This document shows positions 10,421 to 21,723 of a DNA stretch of 64,000 nt, one piece after another; position 1 is the first letter of the stretch, and every line of letters begins with the position of its first letter. This stretch comes from an uncultured Bdellovibrionales bacterium (GTDB lineage Bacteria > Patescibacteriota > Minisyncoccia > Moranbacterales > UBA1568): assembly GCA_964436855.1 (NCBI GenBank), contig CAYTED010000003.1, forward strand, positions 33,393-97,392. Direction: 5' to 3'. The notes below the pieces were generated by a model. It did no database searches. It saw only the letters and a list, made by a program, of their open reading frames with translations, and was not told the origin of the DNA. Both the position numbers and the translations under genes were made by a program.

Positions 10421-10918
10421 CTAAATGAGGAACTTCCGTTTGTCTTCGGAAATATTTGTAAAATCATCTGCTCCTTCGATGAGTTTTGCCGAAGCGGATT
10501 CGCCGAACGCGATCACCTCCACCCGGCAACCCGTGATTCCTTGGAGATACTCAACGAGCGGGAGATAGTCTCCGTCGCCGGATACAAGTACGATCACATC
10601 GAGTTTCGGCGCCATTTTGATCGCATCAACCGCAATACCGACATCCCAATCCCCTTTTTTCGATCCATCCGGAAAAATCTGGAGATCTTTCGTCTTCACG
10701 TCGTATCCGCTCTTCTCAAGCGCTTCGAAAAATTTTTCTTCCGTTTGTTCAACTGTCTTCACGCCGTATGCGATCGCGCGAATAAGTTTCCGCCCCGATA
10801 CCGCCGCGTCGAGCACGGCTTTAAAATTCACTTTTTTGCTATAAATGATCCGCGCGCTGTAGTACATATTCTGAATGTCTACGAGCACCCCGACCCGTTG
10901 TTCTGCAAACTTTGCCAT
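10421..10918 (-). CDS. NYN domain (LabA-like, PIN-related) protein
   Basis: 165 aa; VGVLVDIQNMYY...DWDVGIAVDAIKMA...VIVLVSGDGDYLPLVEYL typical of NYN/LabA. Confidence 0.75.
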   Translation of the reverse strand: MAKFAEQRVGVLVDIQNMYYSARIIYSKKVNFKAVLDAAVSGRKLIRAIAYGVKTVEQTEEKFFEALEKSGYDVKTKDLQIFPDGSKKGDWDVGIAVDAIKMAPKLDVIVLVSGDGDYLPLVEYLQGITGCRVEVIAFGESASAKLIEGADDFTNISEDKRKFLI

Positions 10919-11143
10919 AATCGTCTATGAGCGAAGCGAATAGCTACGATTATGAGCATCCGCCACGATTCCCTTATAAAAATTATTTCTTATACCAAAC
11001 GAGCCGTCAGGCGGTCCACTCATTCGTTCCCAAATATCAAAACGATACTTCGCAGGGAATCGGGCGGACAGCCATAATTTTTTTCATATTATTTCTTTTT
11101 TCAGTCTACCACCTCCCCCACAAAATACGAAAACACCCACTCA

Positions 11144-11229
11144 TGTCATCCCGAGCAAAGTCGGGGGATCTCCCTATCAAGAAAGAGATTCCTCGACTCT
11201 CCGCCAGCCGGCGGATCATTCGGAATGAC
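11144..11229 (-). repeat. MITE/REP-like hairpin element (copy c, inverted orientation)
   Basis: The reverse complement is ~80% identical to copy a, including GATCCGCCRGCTGGCGGAGAGT.GAGGAATCTCTTT. Confidence 0.7.
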
Positions 11230-11331
11230 AAGCGGGGGTTGGCTCACAGAACAATACAGAGAGAAGGCTCAAGAATGGTAAACAAAATACCAAGATACGA
11301 AAACCACTCCTCGATGGAGCGGTTTGGAAGA

Positions 11332-11595
11332 TTACAATCCGAGTTTTTCGACGAGCTTCTTCGCGGCATCCGCATTGGTTCGCTCGAGATACGCAAGCAA
11401 TTTCTTTCGCTTCGCCACCATCTTGAGAAGTCCCCGACGCGAATGAAAATCTTTCTTGTTTTTCTTCAAATGAGCCGTCAATCGCTTGATCTGCTCCGTA
11501 AAGAGGGCGATCTGATATTCCGGAGAACCGGTATCTTTCTCGTGCCGCTTCACTTCCTTTGTTACCCGCCCCTTCTGCTTGTTTGAAAGCGCCAT
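11332..11595 (-). CDS. rpsO: 30S ribosomal protein S15
   Basis: 87 aa; canonical S15 sequence and conserved position upstream of pnp. Confidence 0.95.
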   Translation of the reverse strand: MALSNKQKGRVTKEVKRHEKDTGSPEYQIALFTEQIKRLTAHLKKNKKDFHSRRGLLKMVAKRKKLLAYLERTNADAAKKLVEKLGL

Positions 11596-11785
11596 ACACT
11601 TTGTCGAGCTCTACCCTCGTGCCGATACTCGTACACCAAGGTAGGCTACCAAAAAAAATTATTACAGATTGAGAATGACACAACTTTTTCCTTTTGGCAA
11701 ATTTCGGAAAATTTTTCATTGACTGACCCCTAAAAATATGATTTATAGGAGACAGCCCGATTTTGGGTATTTTTGGAGCTTAAAA

Positions 11786-12100
11786 ATGATTTTCGAGATC
11801 GAAGCGCATCACCGTCCGTGGCGAAGAACCTTTACGCCAAGAAACTCCCTCCGTGAATGCGTGCTCAATGAATTCACGCTTCAGGGAGTTGCCTCGTTCG
11901 ATGTCCTTAGGCAGATCTTCCGAGGCGGCGGCGTCCCCATCGAGTTCGGCGACGATGCGGTTATTCTTTCACCGAACATTCCGATCACGGTGAATAAGAT
12001 GGCTGTTATGCAGGGAGATAAGCGGGTCATCCCGACAAACACTGGCATTCTCACGCTCGGAATCGATATGCTCACATTCAGTGTCATCGCCACATCCTGA
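11786..12100 (+). CDS. Hypothetical small protein
   Basis: ~104 aa ORF followed by a strong intrinsic terminator; no recognisable domain. Confidence 0.35.
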   Translation: MIFEIEAHHRPWRRTFTPRNSLRECVLNEFTLQGVASFDVLRQIFRGGGVPIEFGDDAVILSPNIPITVNKMAVMQGDKRVIPTNTGILTLGIDMLTFSVIATS

Positions 12101-12120
12101 AGGAAGTCGCGAGTCAACCA

Positions 12121-12153
12121 AAAACCCTCCGTTTCACCGGAGGGTTCGTTTTT
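12121..12153 (+). terminator. Rho-independent terminator
   Basis: CCCTCCGTTTCACCGGAGGG hairpin followed by TTCGTTTTTT. Confidence 0.7.
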
Positions 12154-12193
12154 TATCTATTTTGAATTACGAAACTCCCAGAGATGTCATTCC

Positions 12194-12278
12194 AACCGAG
12201 TCTGCGGGTGGAGGAATCTCTCCTCTTTCAGAGAAAATGCACGATCCCTCGACTCCGCTCGGGATGACAGAAATATGG
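12194..12278 (+). repeat. MITE/REP-like hairpin element (copy b)
   Basis: TGTCATTCCAACCGAG...GGAGGAATCTC...GATCCCTCGACTCCGCTCGGGATGACA; homologous to 5367-5461. Confidence 0.7.
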
Positions 12279-12334
12279 GTTTTATCACGAAGCTCTCTCC
12301 GCATTTACCAATTCAGAAATGCAGCGTATATACC

Positions 12335-14785
12335 TTACAAGATGGTAAACGCGCTCACCTGATCGCCTGCTTGCGGGCGCATCACGCGCACACCCTGCGT
12401 TACGCGAGAGAGAAGCGGGACCGATTTGAACGGCACGCGGATAATCGTTCCTTTTTCCGATGTGAGAATAAGATCGTCTTCGATATTTCCCATACTCGTG
12501 ATCATCGCGCCGACGAGTTTTCCGGTTTTCGGCGTAACTTTCATCGTCTTGATTCCCGAACCGCCACGTTTCTGCACCTTGTAACTCTTGAGGTCGCTCC
12601 GTTTCCCGAGTCCGTTCTGCGAGAGAATGAGAAGCTCCATTCCTTTCAGGTCGTCCTTTTTTACGACATCCGCACTCACCACTTCGTCGCCATTGTCGAG
12701 CTTGATCCCGCGCACACCCGCCGCGCCGCGACCCATCGGCCGCACATCGGTTTCTTTGAATCGGATCGCTTGACCGTCTTTTGTTACCATGACAAGTTCG
12801 TCCGATCCGGTCGTAATCCGTACCCATCCGAGAAGGTCGCCCTTGTCGAGTGTGATCGCGATGAGCCCGCTCCGGCGCACATTTGCAAATTCTTCGATTT
12901 TTGACTTCTTTACCGTACCGTTCTTTGTCGCCATAAAGAGAAACTTTCCTTCGCCTTTCCGTACCGCAACCATTTCGGTGATTTTTTCTTCCGACGAAAT
13001 CTGGAGAAAGTTCACCACGGCTTGACCCTTTGCCGTACGCGACGATTCCGGAATTTCGTACGCCTTCGTCTGAAATACTTTTCCGGTATTCGTAAAAAAC
13101 ATCAGGTCGTCGTGCGTCTCAAGCGTGATTACCTGCGCGATCTTGTCTTCTTCCTTCGCAACTGCACCAATTACACCCTTTCCGCCACGCTTCTGCACGC
13201 GATACACGGTCGGGTTCATCCGCTTGATATAGCCATCCTCGGTAAGCGTAATAATCGCTTCTTCATTCGGAATGAGATCTTCTTGTCGAAACTCGCCGAT
13301 CCCGCCCTTCACGACCTTTGTCTTTCGTTCATCGCCGTACTTGTCGCGCAATTCGATAAGCTCGCTTTTCACGAGTCCGAGAATTTTCTTCCGGTGCTTC
13401 AGAAGATCTTCGAGATAGGCGATCAGTTTGTACTTTTCTTCGAGTTCGTCTTCGATTTTCTTCCGTTCGAGTCCGGCGAGTGTCTGAAGGCGCATTTCGA
13501 GAATCGCCGTCGCCTGACGCTCGGAGAGCTTGAACTTCTTCATTAAGTTCATATGCGCCTCTTCTTTGGTCGGCGATTTCTTGATCGTATTGATGATTTC
13601 GTCGATATGATCGAGCGCTTTTTTCAAACCTTCAAGAATATGCGCGCGATCTTTCGCCTTCGCAAGGTCGTGTTCGGTGCGACGAATCACGACTTTCTCG
13701 CGGTGTGCGATATAGTGCTCCAAGATCGACTTTAGGTTGAGAATCTGCGGGTCGATACCATCGACGAGCGCGAGCATGTTTACGTTAAAATTTTTCTGAA
13801 GATCGGTAAGTGAATAGAGCTGATTCAAAATCTTTTCCGGATAAGCCTCTTTCTTAAGATCAACCACGATCCGCACACCGTCTTTGTCGGATTCATCACG
13901 GAGATCCTTGATTCCGACAATACGTCCGTCTTTCACGAGGTTCGCGATATTCTCGATCAGGGTTGCTTTGTTCGTCGCGTAGGTGATTTCCGTAATGACA
14001 ATTTGATACGCTCCGGCTTTCGCCTCGACAATTTCCGCGCGACCACGCGTCGTGATTTTCCCGCGACCGGTCGCATACGCTTCGCGAATATCGCGCTCGT
14101 TGTAAATAATCCCGCCCGTCGGGAAGTCCGGACCTTTGACGAATTGCATCAAGTCTTCGATCCCTGCATCCGGATTGTCGATCAGGTGCACGATTCCGTC
14201 CGAGAGTTCATTTAAATTGTGCGGCGGAATATTAGTCGCCATACCGACCGCGATACCAACCGTCCCATTGAGGAGTAGTTGCGGAAGTTTTGCCGGAAGC
14301 ACGGTCGGTTCCTCGTGCATCCCATCGAAGTTCGGGATGAAGTCCACCGTGTCTTTCTCGATATCAATCAACAATTCCTCCGCGATTGCGGCGAGTTTCG
14401 CTTCGGTATATCGGTATGCCGCCGCGCCATCGCCGTCAAGCGAGCCGAAGTTTCCCTGCCCGTGAACGAGCGGATAGCGAAGCGAAAAATCCTGCGCCAT
14501 ACGAACCATAGTCTCGTACACCGCCGAGTCGCCGTGCGGATGATATTTTCCAAGCACCTCACCGACAACCGTCGCCGATTTTCGGAATTTTGCGCTTGAT
14601 CGAAGTCCGGTTGACCACATCGAGTACAAAATGCGACGATGCACCGGTTTCAAACCATCGCGAACATCGGGAAGCGCGCGCGATACAATAACCGACATCG
14701 CATAATCAAGATACGACTGCTTCACTTCATCGGTGATATTCCGACCCTCAACCTTTCCTTCAAATAATGTTTCTGTCTTTGCCAT
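12335..14785 (-). CDS. gyrA: DNA gyrase subunit A
   Basis: 816 aa; [23 protein letters not shown] active-site region and C-terminal beta-pinwheel repeats. Confidence 0.97.
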   Translation of the reverse strand: MAKTETLFEGKVEGRNITDEVKQSYLDYAMSVIVSRALPDVRDGLKPVHRRILYSMWSTGLRSSAKFRKSATVVGEVLGKYHPHGDSAVYETMVRMAQDFSLRYPLVHGQGNFGSLDGDGAAAYRYTEAKLAAIAEELLIDIEKDTVDFIPNFDGMHEEPTVLPAKLPQLLLNGTVGIAVGMATNIPPHNLNELSDGIVHLIDNPDAGIEDLMQFVKGPDFPTGGIIYNERDIREAYATGRGKITTRGRAEIVEAKAGAYQIVITEITYATNKATLIENIANLVKDGRIVGIKDLRDESDKDGVRIVVDLKKEAYPEKILNQLYSLTDLQKNFNVNMLALVDGIDPQILNLKSILEHYIAHREKVVIRRTEHDLAKAKDRAHILEGLKKALDHIDEIINTIKKSPTKEEAHMNLMKKFKLSERQATAILEMRLQTLAGLERKKIEDELEEKYKLIAYLEDLLKHRKKILGLVKSELIELRDKYGDERKTKVVKGGIGEFRQEDLIPNEEAIITLTEDGYIKRMNPTVYRVQKRGGKGVIGAVAKEEDKIAQVITLETHDDLMFFTNTGKVFQTKAYEIPESSRTAKGQAVVNFLQISSEEKITEMVAVRKGEGKFLFMATKNGTVKKSKIEEFANVRRSGLIAITLDKGDLLGWVRITTGSDELVMVTKDGQAIRFKETDVRPMGRGAAGVRGIKLDNGDEVVSADVVKKDDLKGMELLILSQNGLGKRSDLKSYKVQKRGGSGIKTMKVTPKTGKLVGAMITSMGNIEDDLILTSEKGTIIRVPFKSVPLLSRVTQGVRVMRPQAGDQVSAFTIL

Positions 14786-14823
14786 ACGGAAAAAATACCC
14801 CTACTTATAATTTTTTTGAAATC

Positions 14824-15129
14824 CTACCGACTCCGTCCGAATTCCGATCGAAAATATTCATCCGCCTGTTCGAGATCGGAAGCGGACTCCCCCCGAGAAG
14901 ATGGGTCGCCGATATTTTGTATCGACGTTCCTTCTTTATCCGGAAGAATCGTTTCTTTCAACGCCGGCGCTTCTTGCGAAATTCCGCGCAGCCCTTCCCG
15001 CGCCGAGAGAATCCACAAAAACACCACCGCTATCATTGAAACCACCACCGCAACAAGAAGATACTTCGCTCGAACACCTTCGGGCTCCGACTGAATATTT
15101 CGAATTTTTTGTTCAATGTTCCCGATCAT
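14824..15129 (-). CDS. Hypothetical small membrane protein
   Basis: 101 aa; one TM helix (LLVAVVVSMIAVVFLWIL); position between gyrA and the MBL gene. Confidence 0.3.
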   Translation of the reverse strand: MIGNIEQKIRNIQSEPEGVRAKYLLVAVVVSMIAVVFLWILSAREGLRGISQEAPALKETILPDKEGTSIQNIGDPSSRGESASDLEQADEYFRSEFGRSR

Positions 15130-15150
15130 ACCATTCGTTACGATAGAAAC

Positions 15151-15813
15151 CTACTCCCGATCGATCACAATGATTTCCATATTTTTCCCCTCCAAGTCTT
15201 TCTTTTTCAGGGAAAGCTTGGTGATTTTTCCTTCGGGGCAATACCCGGCTTCCATACAAAACGCTTTCATATCGCCAAAATTTCCCGTCATTCCGCTTGT
15301 CTTGTAGTGCATCGGGATCGCGATTTTCGGTTCAACTTTCCGGATAATGTCGTCCGAGAGTTTCGGTGAAACAGCGTCTCCACCACCGACCGGCAGAAGC
15401 AAAATATCGATGCCGTTCATTTTTTCAAGCAAGTCGGCAGGGAGATCGTGCCCGATGGCGCCAAGATAACAAATGTGAATCCCTTCGGACTCGAATACGA
15501 ACACTGTATTCGCACCTCGTTCGGAACCACCCTTATCATCACGATACGAAGAAAACCCGAGCGCCGTTACGCCTTTTGCCGCATATTCCCCCGGCGCATC
15601 GAGAATCACCGGTTCTTCCTTCAAAAGTCCGGAGATATCATCATCATTTCGATCCATATGAGAGAGAAGAACAATATCCGCGCGTCCAAACGGCGCCCGA
15701 AGACCGACTGCTTTCCCGCACGGATCCGTAAAGATCACGACGTCTTCCGTCGCCCGCCCCGCCGGTTTCGTCGTTATCTTAAAGCAATAGTCGCCGTAAT
15801 ATTCGATTTGCAT
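15151..15813 (-). CDS. Metallo-beta-lactamase-fold hydrolase (UPF0173-like)
   Basis: MQIEYYGDYCFKI...ADIVLLSHMDRND...HICYLGAIGHDL...IAIPMHYKT pattern of MBL-fold proteins; metal ligands partly atypical. Confidence 0.6.
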   Translation of the reverse strand: MQIEYYGDYCFKITTKPAGRATEDVVIFTDPCGKAVGLRAPFGRADIVLLSHMDRNDDDISGLLKEEPVILDAPGEYAAKGVTALGFSSYRDDKGGSERGANTVFVFESEGIHICYLGAIGHDLPADLLEKMNGIDILLLPVGGGDAVSPKLSDDIIRKVEPKIAIPMHYKTSGMTGNFGDMKAFCMEAGYCPEGKITKLSLKKKDLEGKNMEIIVIDRE

Positions 15814-16126
15814 AGGTAAAACGCTCAATCAATGACTGTCCTATTCTAACCGAAAACAACGCGGAAATCAAACACATACATTCTCTCTTCACACTTGCAT
15901 TTTTTTTCGTTTCCGGTATAATCAGTTCGTTATAAAAAGTAACACAACTGAATACGGGGATGCCATTCAATCCTCGGAAGAAATCCTTCTTAAAGCCTTT
16001 TCCGGGCTTTTCAGATTTCAACTGTTTTTGAATCGCATCCGTTTTCATCGGATGTTTTGCTTTTTATCAGACAGATGCGCTCATAATTTTTTACGGGATT
16101 GCGCATCGTCCCAAAAGCAATATTCT

Positions 16127-17278
16127 ATGACTCAAGCAACTGAAGAAGAAAAGCAGGTTTCCGCTATGGAAGCCCTTCTCGAGAAGGAATCTATTGTCAT
16201 TCCGGAAATCGGCGATGTGATCGAAGGAGCGGTTTCGTTCGTTTCCTCCAATCACGCCCTGATCGATCTTGGCGCCCTTGGAACCGGTATCGTTCTCGGC
16301 AAGGAAATGAAGGACGGGATGCGCAGCGGATCGAAATTGAAAGTCGGCGATCGTGTGACCGCCACTCTTGTTTCCTATGAGGGAGAAGAGGGGTATATCG
16401 AGCTTTCCGTTCGCGAAGCGTCTCACGAACGCTCATGGGAAGATATCGAAGCAAAGCGAAAGAATATGGAGGTCGTTACGACCAAGGTCGTCGACGCGAA
16501 CAAGGGCGGACTGATGGTGGAGGTGAACGGCATCGTCGGCTTCCTCCCGGTTTCCCAGCTTTCAAACGAACACTATCCGCGCGTTGAAGACGGCGACAAG
16601 ATGAAAATCCTCGAACTCTTGAAGAAGCTCATCGGAACCGAAATTCATGTTCGCATCCTCGACAGCGATCGTGAGGGAGACAAACTTATCGTCTCGGAAA
16701 AGGCCGCGCAGAGCGAAAAAGAGCGCGCTCTTATCAACAAGCTCCACGTCGGAGACACAATTTCCGGAGAAGTGAGCGGCGTGGTTGACTTTGGCGCATT
16801 CGTCAAATTTTTCCCGCCGGAAGTTGAAGGAGAGAAAAAACCGACCGAAAAACTCGAGGGCTTGGTTCACATTTCCGAACTCGCATGGCAATTGATCGAC
16901 GATCCGCGTGAAATCGTAAAAACCGGCGATCACGTTGAAGCAAAAATCATCGGCATCGAAGATACGCGTATCTCTCTTTCGATGAAATCGCTCCGTGAAG
17001 ATCCGTGGACCCGCGCCGAAGAGAAGTATCATGTAGACGACACCGTCCTCGGAAAAGTCGACAAGATCAATCACTTTGGAGCTTTCGTCTATCTCGACAA
17101 AGACATTCACGGTCTTGCGCACGTTTCGGAATTTCACGATGTGTACCCGAATCGAAAGATGGAAGAAATTTTCCAAATCGGCGAAACCTACAACTGGAAA
17201 ATTCTTTCGATTGAGCCAAGATCGCATCGAATGGGACTTCTGCCAATAAAAGAGAAAATCGAGGCGTCAAAGGAATAA
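16127..17278 (+). CDS. rpsA: 30S ribosomal protein S1 (four S1 domains)
   Basis: Repeated S1 domains (GDVIEGAV, GDRVTATLV, GDTISGEV, GDHVEAKIIG); start at MTQATEEEK. Confidence 0.85.
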   Translation: MTQATEEEKQVSAMEALLEKESIVIPEIGDVIEGAVSFVSSNHALIDLGALGTGIVLGKEMKDGMRSGSKLKVGDRVTATLVSYEGEEGYIELSVREASHERSWEDIEAKRKNMEVVTTKVVDANKGGLMVEVNGIVGFLPVSQLSNEHYPRVEDGDKMKILELLKKLIGTEIHVRILDSDREGDKLIVSEKAAQSEKERALINKLHVGDTISGEVSGVVDFGAFVKFFPPEVEGEKKPTEKLEGLVHISELAWQLIDDPREIVKTGDHVEAKIIGIEDTRISLSMKSLREDPWTRAEEKYHVDDTVLGKVDKINHFGAFVYLDKDIHGLAHVSEFHDVYPNRKMEEIFQIGETYNWKILSIEPRSHRMGLLPIKEKIEASKE

Positions 17279-17363
17279 TGTCCCTGCTTCCCAAAAAAGA
17301 AAACCCGCTCGCACAAAGAGCGGTTTTCTTTTCAAAAGGGAGAAAGTATGCATTAATTCCCAT

Positions 17364-17942
17364 ATGAACGCACATCATATTTTTATCATTTCCGGACCAT
17401 CCGGCGCCGGCGAAGATTCCGTTATTGCCGGACTCAATCGTCTGTTTGACACGGAAACCGTCCATACCACAACAACGCGAGAACCTCGAAAGGGTGAGGG
17501 CGATGGAAATCCGTATTTTTTCGTCTCGTACGAAACATTCCAAAAGAGCATTGAGGAAGGTCGGTTTATCGAGTGGGCCGAACAATATAACGGGAATCTC
17601 TACGGTATTACCAAAGAAGAATTCGAGCGCATCGAACGTTCGGGAAAAATCGCTTTCTGGAAAATAGACTATAAGGGCGTTATTTCCGCGAAAAAACTCT
17701 TCCCGAATATTGTCGCCATTCTCCTCACCGCCCCGCTTCACACTCTCGAATCACGTATCCGCAGACGCGACAACCCCGGCGAAGATTTTATCCGGGAGCG
17801 AATGGAATACACCAAAGAATGGCTCAAGCATACCGATATCTATGACTACACGATCGAAAACACCGAGGGCAAACTCGAAGAAACCATCGAACAAGCGGCG
17901 CGCATCATTAGAACATCCCTCGAGGAAGCCGGCCGCCGTTAA
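17364..17942 (+). CDS. gmk: Guanylate kinase
   Basis: P-loop ISGPSGAGEDS and GMP-binding region; 192 aa. Confidence 0.9.
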   Translation: MNAHHIFIISGPSGAGEDSVIAGLNRLFDTETVHTTTTREPRKGEGDGNPYFFVSYETFQKSIEEGRFIEWAEQYNGNLYGITKEEFERIERSGKIAFWKIDYKGVISAKKLFPNIVAILLTAPLHTLESRIRRRDNPGEDFIRERMEYTKEWLKHTDIYDYTIENTEGKLEETIEQAARIIRTSLEEAGRR

Positions 17943-18933
17943 TGTTCCCCCGAACGCTCGGGCGCTTATTCGCCGTATTCAAAACGAGAGCCATCGAAAA
18001 AACCTCTGGCATTACGGATCGTCGTTTATCTTCGGGATTTCCGGAGGCGCCGACAGTACCGCCCTCCTCGATATCCTCGCCTTCCTTGCGCCCAAATACG
18101 ACTTTCGCATTGTGGTCGCTCATGTAAATTATCGTCTCCGTGGAACAGATTCGAACGAAGACGAACGCTTCGTCCGATCACTCGCAAAAAAATATGAGTT
18201 CCCTTGCGAGGTCCTTCGCCCCCGTATTCCAAAAAAAGGGAATCTCGAAGAAAATTTGAGAGTTCTTCGCTATGATTTCTTTGAAAAACTCCGGAAAAAA
18301 TACCGGTATGAAAGCATTGTAACCGCCCACCAAGAAGACGATCAGGCGGAAACCTTTCTCCTGCGATTGTTTCGCGGATCAGGGCTTGCGGGGCTTTCCG
18401 CTATCCCAGAGAAAAACAACTCCGTTATTCGGCCACTCCTCACGGTTTCTCGCAAAGAAATTCTCTCCTACCTCGCTACACGCAATCTCCCCTTTCGTAC
18501 CGACAAAAGCAATTTCGACACTCGTTTTCTTCGCAACCGTATCCGAAATGAGCTTCTTCCGCTCCTTGAAACACAATACGAGCAGGCTATTCGAAAAAAT
18601 TTGTCCCGTTCCGCAACACTCCTTGCGGCAGAACTTTCCTCAAAAAAAGAGTTGAGTGTTCAACTTTTTCCCTTTTTGAAAAATAAGGAAGAACAGTCGA
18701 TTACCTTTGATCGAAACGATTATCTCTCCCTTTCCGATACCGAAAAAAAACATCTCTTTCCATCTTTGTTCCATTGTTTCAAAAAAGATCTGAACCCCCT
18801 CTCCGGTAACGCCCTGCTCGAAATTGATCGGCTCCTTCTTTCGCAAAAATCAAAAAATCAATCCTTTCATATGAAAGGATTGAAACTTCTCCGAAAAGGT
18901 GATAAGGTAACCCTCGTAAAAAGCCTTTTGTAA
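17842..18933 (+). CDS. tilS: tRNA(Ile)-lysidine synthetase
   Basis: PP-loop SGGADS, conserved TilS core and C-terminal domain. No ATG/GTG/TTG lies between the gmk stop and the PP-loop, so the start either overlaps gmk (ATG at 17842) or is non-canonical. Confidence 0.8.
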   Translation: MTTRSKTPRANSKKPSNKRRASLEHPSRKPAAVNVPPNARALIRRIQNESHRKNLWHYGSSFIFGISGGADSTALLDILAFLAPKYDFRIVVAHVNYRLRGTDSNEDERFVRSLAKKYEFPCEVLRPRIPKKGNLEENLRVLRYDFFEKLRKKYRYESIVTAHQEDDQAETFLLRLFRGSGLAGLSAIPEKNNSVIRPLLTVSRKEILSYLATRNLPFRTDKSNFDTRFLRNRIRNELLPLLETQYEQAIRKNLSRSATLLAAELSSKKELSVQLFPFLKNKEEQSITFDRNDYLSLSDTEKKHLFPSLFHCFKKDLNPLSGNALLEIDRLLLSQKSKNQSFHMKGLKLLRKGDKVTLVKSLL

Positions 18934-18945
18934 CCCTCCAAAATT

Positions 18946-20799
18946 ATGGACAAAATTCTTCGACACCTCTCGACGATTCTCCTTGTTTTCTTCCTCTTTG
19001 TGGGAATCGCGATTCTCTATCAAACCCCCGAGAAAAAACCGGTCAATATTTCTCTATCCGACCTTGTTTCGGAGATCAATAACGGCGAAATCAAACAAAT
19101 TACCGTCAAGGCAAACGATCTCTCTATCGAGAAAAAAGATGGAACAAAGGGAAAAGCCGTGAAAGAATCCGAATCCGCCATTACGGAAACTCTCAAGAAC
19201 TACAATGTCGATACGGAAAAACTGAAAGAGGTTTCGATCGTTATCGAGCAAGAATCCGGTTTTTCGTATTGGGCGGCGGTTATTCTTCCGTTTCTCCTCC
19301 CTTTCCTTCTTATCGGACTGTTTATTTGGTTTATGATGCGCCAAGCACAACGCGGCAACAACCAAGCGCTTTCATTCGGTCTTTCCAAGGCGCGCATTCT
19401 CGATCCGAAGGACAAGAAAAAACGTATCACTTTTAAAGACGTCGCCGGCGCCACCGAAGCGAAAGAAGAACTGATGGAAGTCGTAGAGTTCCTGAAACAT
19501 CCGAAAAAATTCCTCGATATGGGCGCAAAAATCCCGCGCGGCGTGCTCCTGCTCGGCCCTCCCGGCACCGGAAAAACCCTTATGTCAAAGGCGGTCGCTG
19601 GAGAAGCAGGCGTTCCCTTTTTCAATATCAGCGGCTCGGAATTTGTCGAAATGTTCGTCGGTGTGGGTGCCTCACGCGTCCGCGATCTCTTCAAACAAGC
19701 GAAGAAAAACGCGCCCGCTATCGTTTTTATCGACGAAATCGATGCCGTTGGACGACACCGCGGCGCGGGACTTGGCGGCGGACACGATGAGCGCGAACAA
19801 ACCTTGAATCAAATTCTCGTCGAAATGGACGGGTTCGAAACCGATTCAAGCGTTATTGTTATCGCCGCTACCAATCGTCCCGATGTCCTCGATCCGGCGC
19901 TTCTCCGTCCGGGACGCTTTGATCGCCGTGTTACGATGGATCTTCCGGATATCAACGAGCGGGAGCAAATCCTCTCTATTCACATTAAAGGAAAACCGAT
20001 CATCGACGGAATCAATATCCGAAATATCGCCGAACGTACCCCGGGATTTTCCGGCGCCGATCTTGCAAACCTTGTCAACGAAGCCGCCATTCTTGCCACT
20101 CGGAGAGGGAAGAAAAAAATCGAACTCATCGAACTCCTTGAGTCGATCGAAAAAGTTATCCTCGGTCCGGAACGGCGAAGTCGCGTCATCAATGAAAAAG
20201 AAAAAAGCGTCGTTGCCTATCACGAAGCGGGGCACGCGCTTGTTGCCGCATCGCTCCCGAATGCCGATCCGGTACAAAAAGTGTCTATTGTTTCCCGTGG
20301 ACATGCCGGCGGATACACGCTTGCTGTCCCAACCGAAGACAAAATGCTCCACTCAAGTTCATATTTTTCCGATGAACTCGCCACACTTCTCGGCGGGTAC
20401 GCGAGTGAGAAGCTCATCTTCGACGATACGACCACCGGTCCCTCAAACGACCTCGAGCGCGCCACCGCTATGGCACGCAATATGGTCACCCGCTATGGAA
20501 TGAGTCGCCTCGGATCCCGAACCTTCGGACACAAAGAAGAGCTTATTTTCCTCGGCAAAGAACTTCACGAAGAACGAAATTATTCCGAAAAGACCGCCGA
20601 AGCGATTGATGCCGAAGTCTCGCGGCTCGTTACCGAGGCATTCGAACGTGCGACATCCATTCTCACCGACAAGCGCACGACACTCGATACCATCGCAAAA
20701 ACCCTCCTTGAAAAAGAAACTCTTGAGAAAGATGAATTCAATGCGCTCGTTGGTATTGTTGAACCAAGCACAGCCTCGTCAGCAAAAGAAGTCATATAA
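18946..20799 (+). CDS. ftsH: ATP-dependent zinc metalloprotease FtsH
   Basis: Two N-terminal TM helices, AAA module (GPPGTGKT, second region of homology) and HEAGHAL zinc site. Confidence 0.97.
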   Translation: MDKILRHLSTILLVFFLFVGIAILYQTPEKKPVNISLSDLVSEINNGEIKQITVKANDLSIEKKDGTKGKAVKESESAITETLKNYNVDTEKLKEVSIVIEQESGFSYWAAVILPFLLPFLLIGLFIWFMMRQAQRGNNQALSFGLSKARILDPKDKKKRITFKDVAGATEAKEELMEVVEFLKHPKKFLDMGAKIPRGVLLLGPPGTGKTLMSKAVAGEAGVPFFNISGSEFVEMFVGVGASRVRDLFKQAKKNAPAIVFIDEIDAVGRHRGAGLGGGHDEREQTLNQILVEMDGFETDSSVIVIAATNRPDVLDPALLRPGRFDRRVTMDLPDINEREQILSIHIKGKPIIDGINIRNIAERTPGFSGADLANLVNEAAILATRRGKKKIELIELLESIEKVILGPERRSRVINEKEKSVVAYHEAGHALVAASLPNADPVQKVSIVSRGHAGGYTLAVPTEDKMLHSSSYFSDELATLLGGYASEKLIFDDTTTGPSNDLERATAMARNMVTRYGMSRLGSRTFGHKEELIFLGKELHEERNYSEKTAEAIDAEVSRLVTEAFERATSILTDKRTTLDTIAKTLLEKETLEKDEFNALVGIVEPSTASSAKEVI

Positions 20800-20803
20800 C
20801 GCT

Positions 20804-21685
20804 ATGGAAAATTTTTCTTCCCCGAAGATTCCCCCGACACGGGGAACTCCGGCGCCGGAATCATTTTCTCCCAACACCATTCTCCTCCGGGCTTTTCGAT
20901 TCACCATCCATCGAAAAGACGCTTGGGTATTCGGATTTTTTCTCTCTCTTCCTACAATCACCCTTCTCCTTCTTTCAAAATCCATTTCATTTGCCGAGAA
21001 AATCACAAGCGGAACATTCAGTAGCACCACGCTCTTCCTCTTTCTCTTTCTTTCGCTATTCTTCTTTCTCGTCGGCGAAAGCGGCCTTGTCCTCTGTTAT
21101 GACCCGTCAAAACACCCCGCATCGATTCTTTCCCGAATTGCCGCACTCGGCGCGCTCGGACGTTGGTATTTTTTCTTCTTCCTTATTCTCCTCTCGCTTT
21201 TCTCGATTCTTTTCCTTCCCTCGGTTGTTTTCCCCGGTCCGGAAGGAAGTCTCGATATTCTTCGCATACTCGGTATCGTTTTTTTTCTTCCTCTTCTCGC
21301 TCTTCTTTTCCTGATCAAAAATTTCGGTGTTTTCTATCTGCTTCTTTCGCACCTCAATCTCAAAGACTCTGCACTTCAAAGTTACGAACTTTTCCTCAAA
21401 GAAAAAAGTTTTTCTTTTCTTTCATTGCTGTTCATTCTGATTGTTACCGCGCTCTTTTTCCTATTCTCTCGAATTATGTTCGATATCATCCCCTCCCCGT
21501 TGTCTCTCGCTCCATTGCCACTCCTTGCGTGTTTTGGATATATCGCGCTCTCTTTCTTCGGAAGTATTTTCATACAGTCTCTCTGGTACTTTTCTTTCGA
21601 AAAAATAGCCGGCAATCACCCGCAGGATTGGCAAAAAGAAAAAGAAATGGTACAAAAGGAAATGGCTTCCGTGGGAGAGGTGTAA
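20804..21685 (+). CDS. Hypothetical polytopic membrane protein
   Basis: ~294 aa, at least six hydrophobic helices; starts 5 nt after the ftsH stop (MENFSSPKIP). Confidence 0.5.
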   Translation: MENFSSPKIPPTRGTPAPESFSPNTILLRAFRFTIHRKDAWVFGFFLSLPTITLLLLSKSISFAEKITSGTFSSTTLFLFLFLSLFFFLVGESGLVLCYDPSKHPASILSRIAALGALGRWYFFFFLILLSLFSILFLPSVVFPGPEGSLDILRILGIVFFLPLLALLFLIKNFGVFYLLLSHLNLKDSALQSYELFLKEKSFSFLSLLFILIVTALFFLFSRIMFDIIPSPLSLAPLPLLACFGYIALSFFGSIFIQSLWYFSFEKIAGNHPQDWQKEKEMVQKEMASVGEV

Positions 21686-21723
21686 GAGCCTGTTCTCAAA
21701 GTCTCTTTCGTCGCGAAATTCTA

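Noticed and set aside
10927-11719. 219-aa + strand ORF and 167-aa minus-strand ORF overlapping rpsO
   Set aside because: They overlap the unambiguous rpsO gene and a repeat element and have no recognisable motifs.
16028-16126. Upstream extension of rpsA (MNRIRFHRMFCF...)
   Set aside because: The extension has no similarity to S1 N-termini. The ATG at 16127 gives an N-terminus aligned with the first S1 domain.
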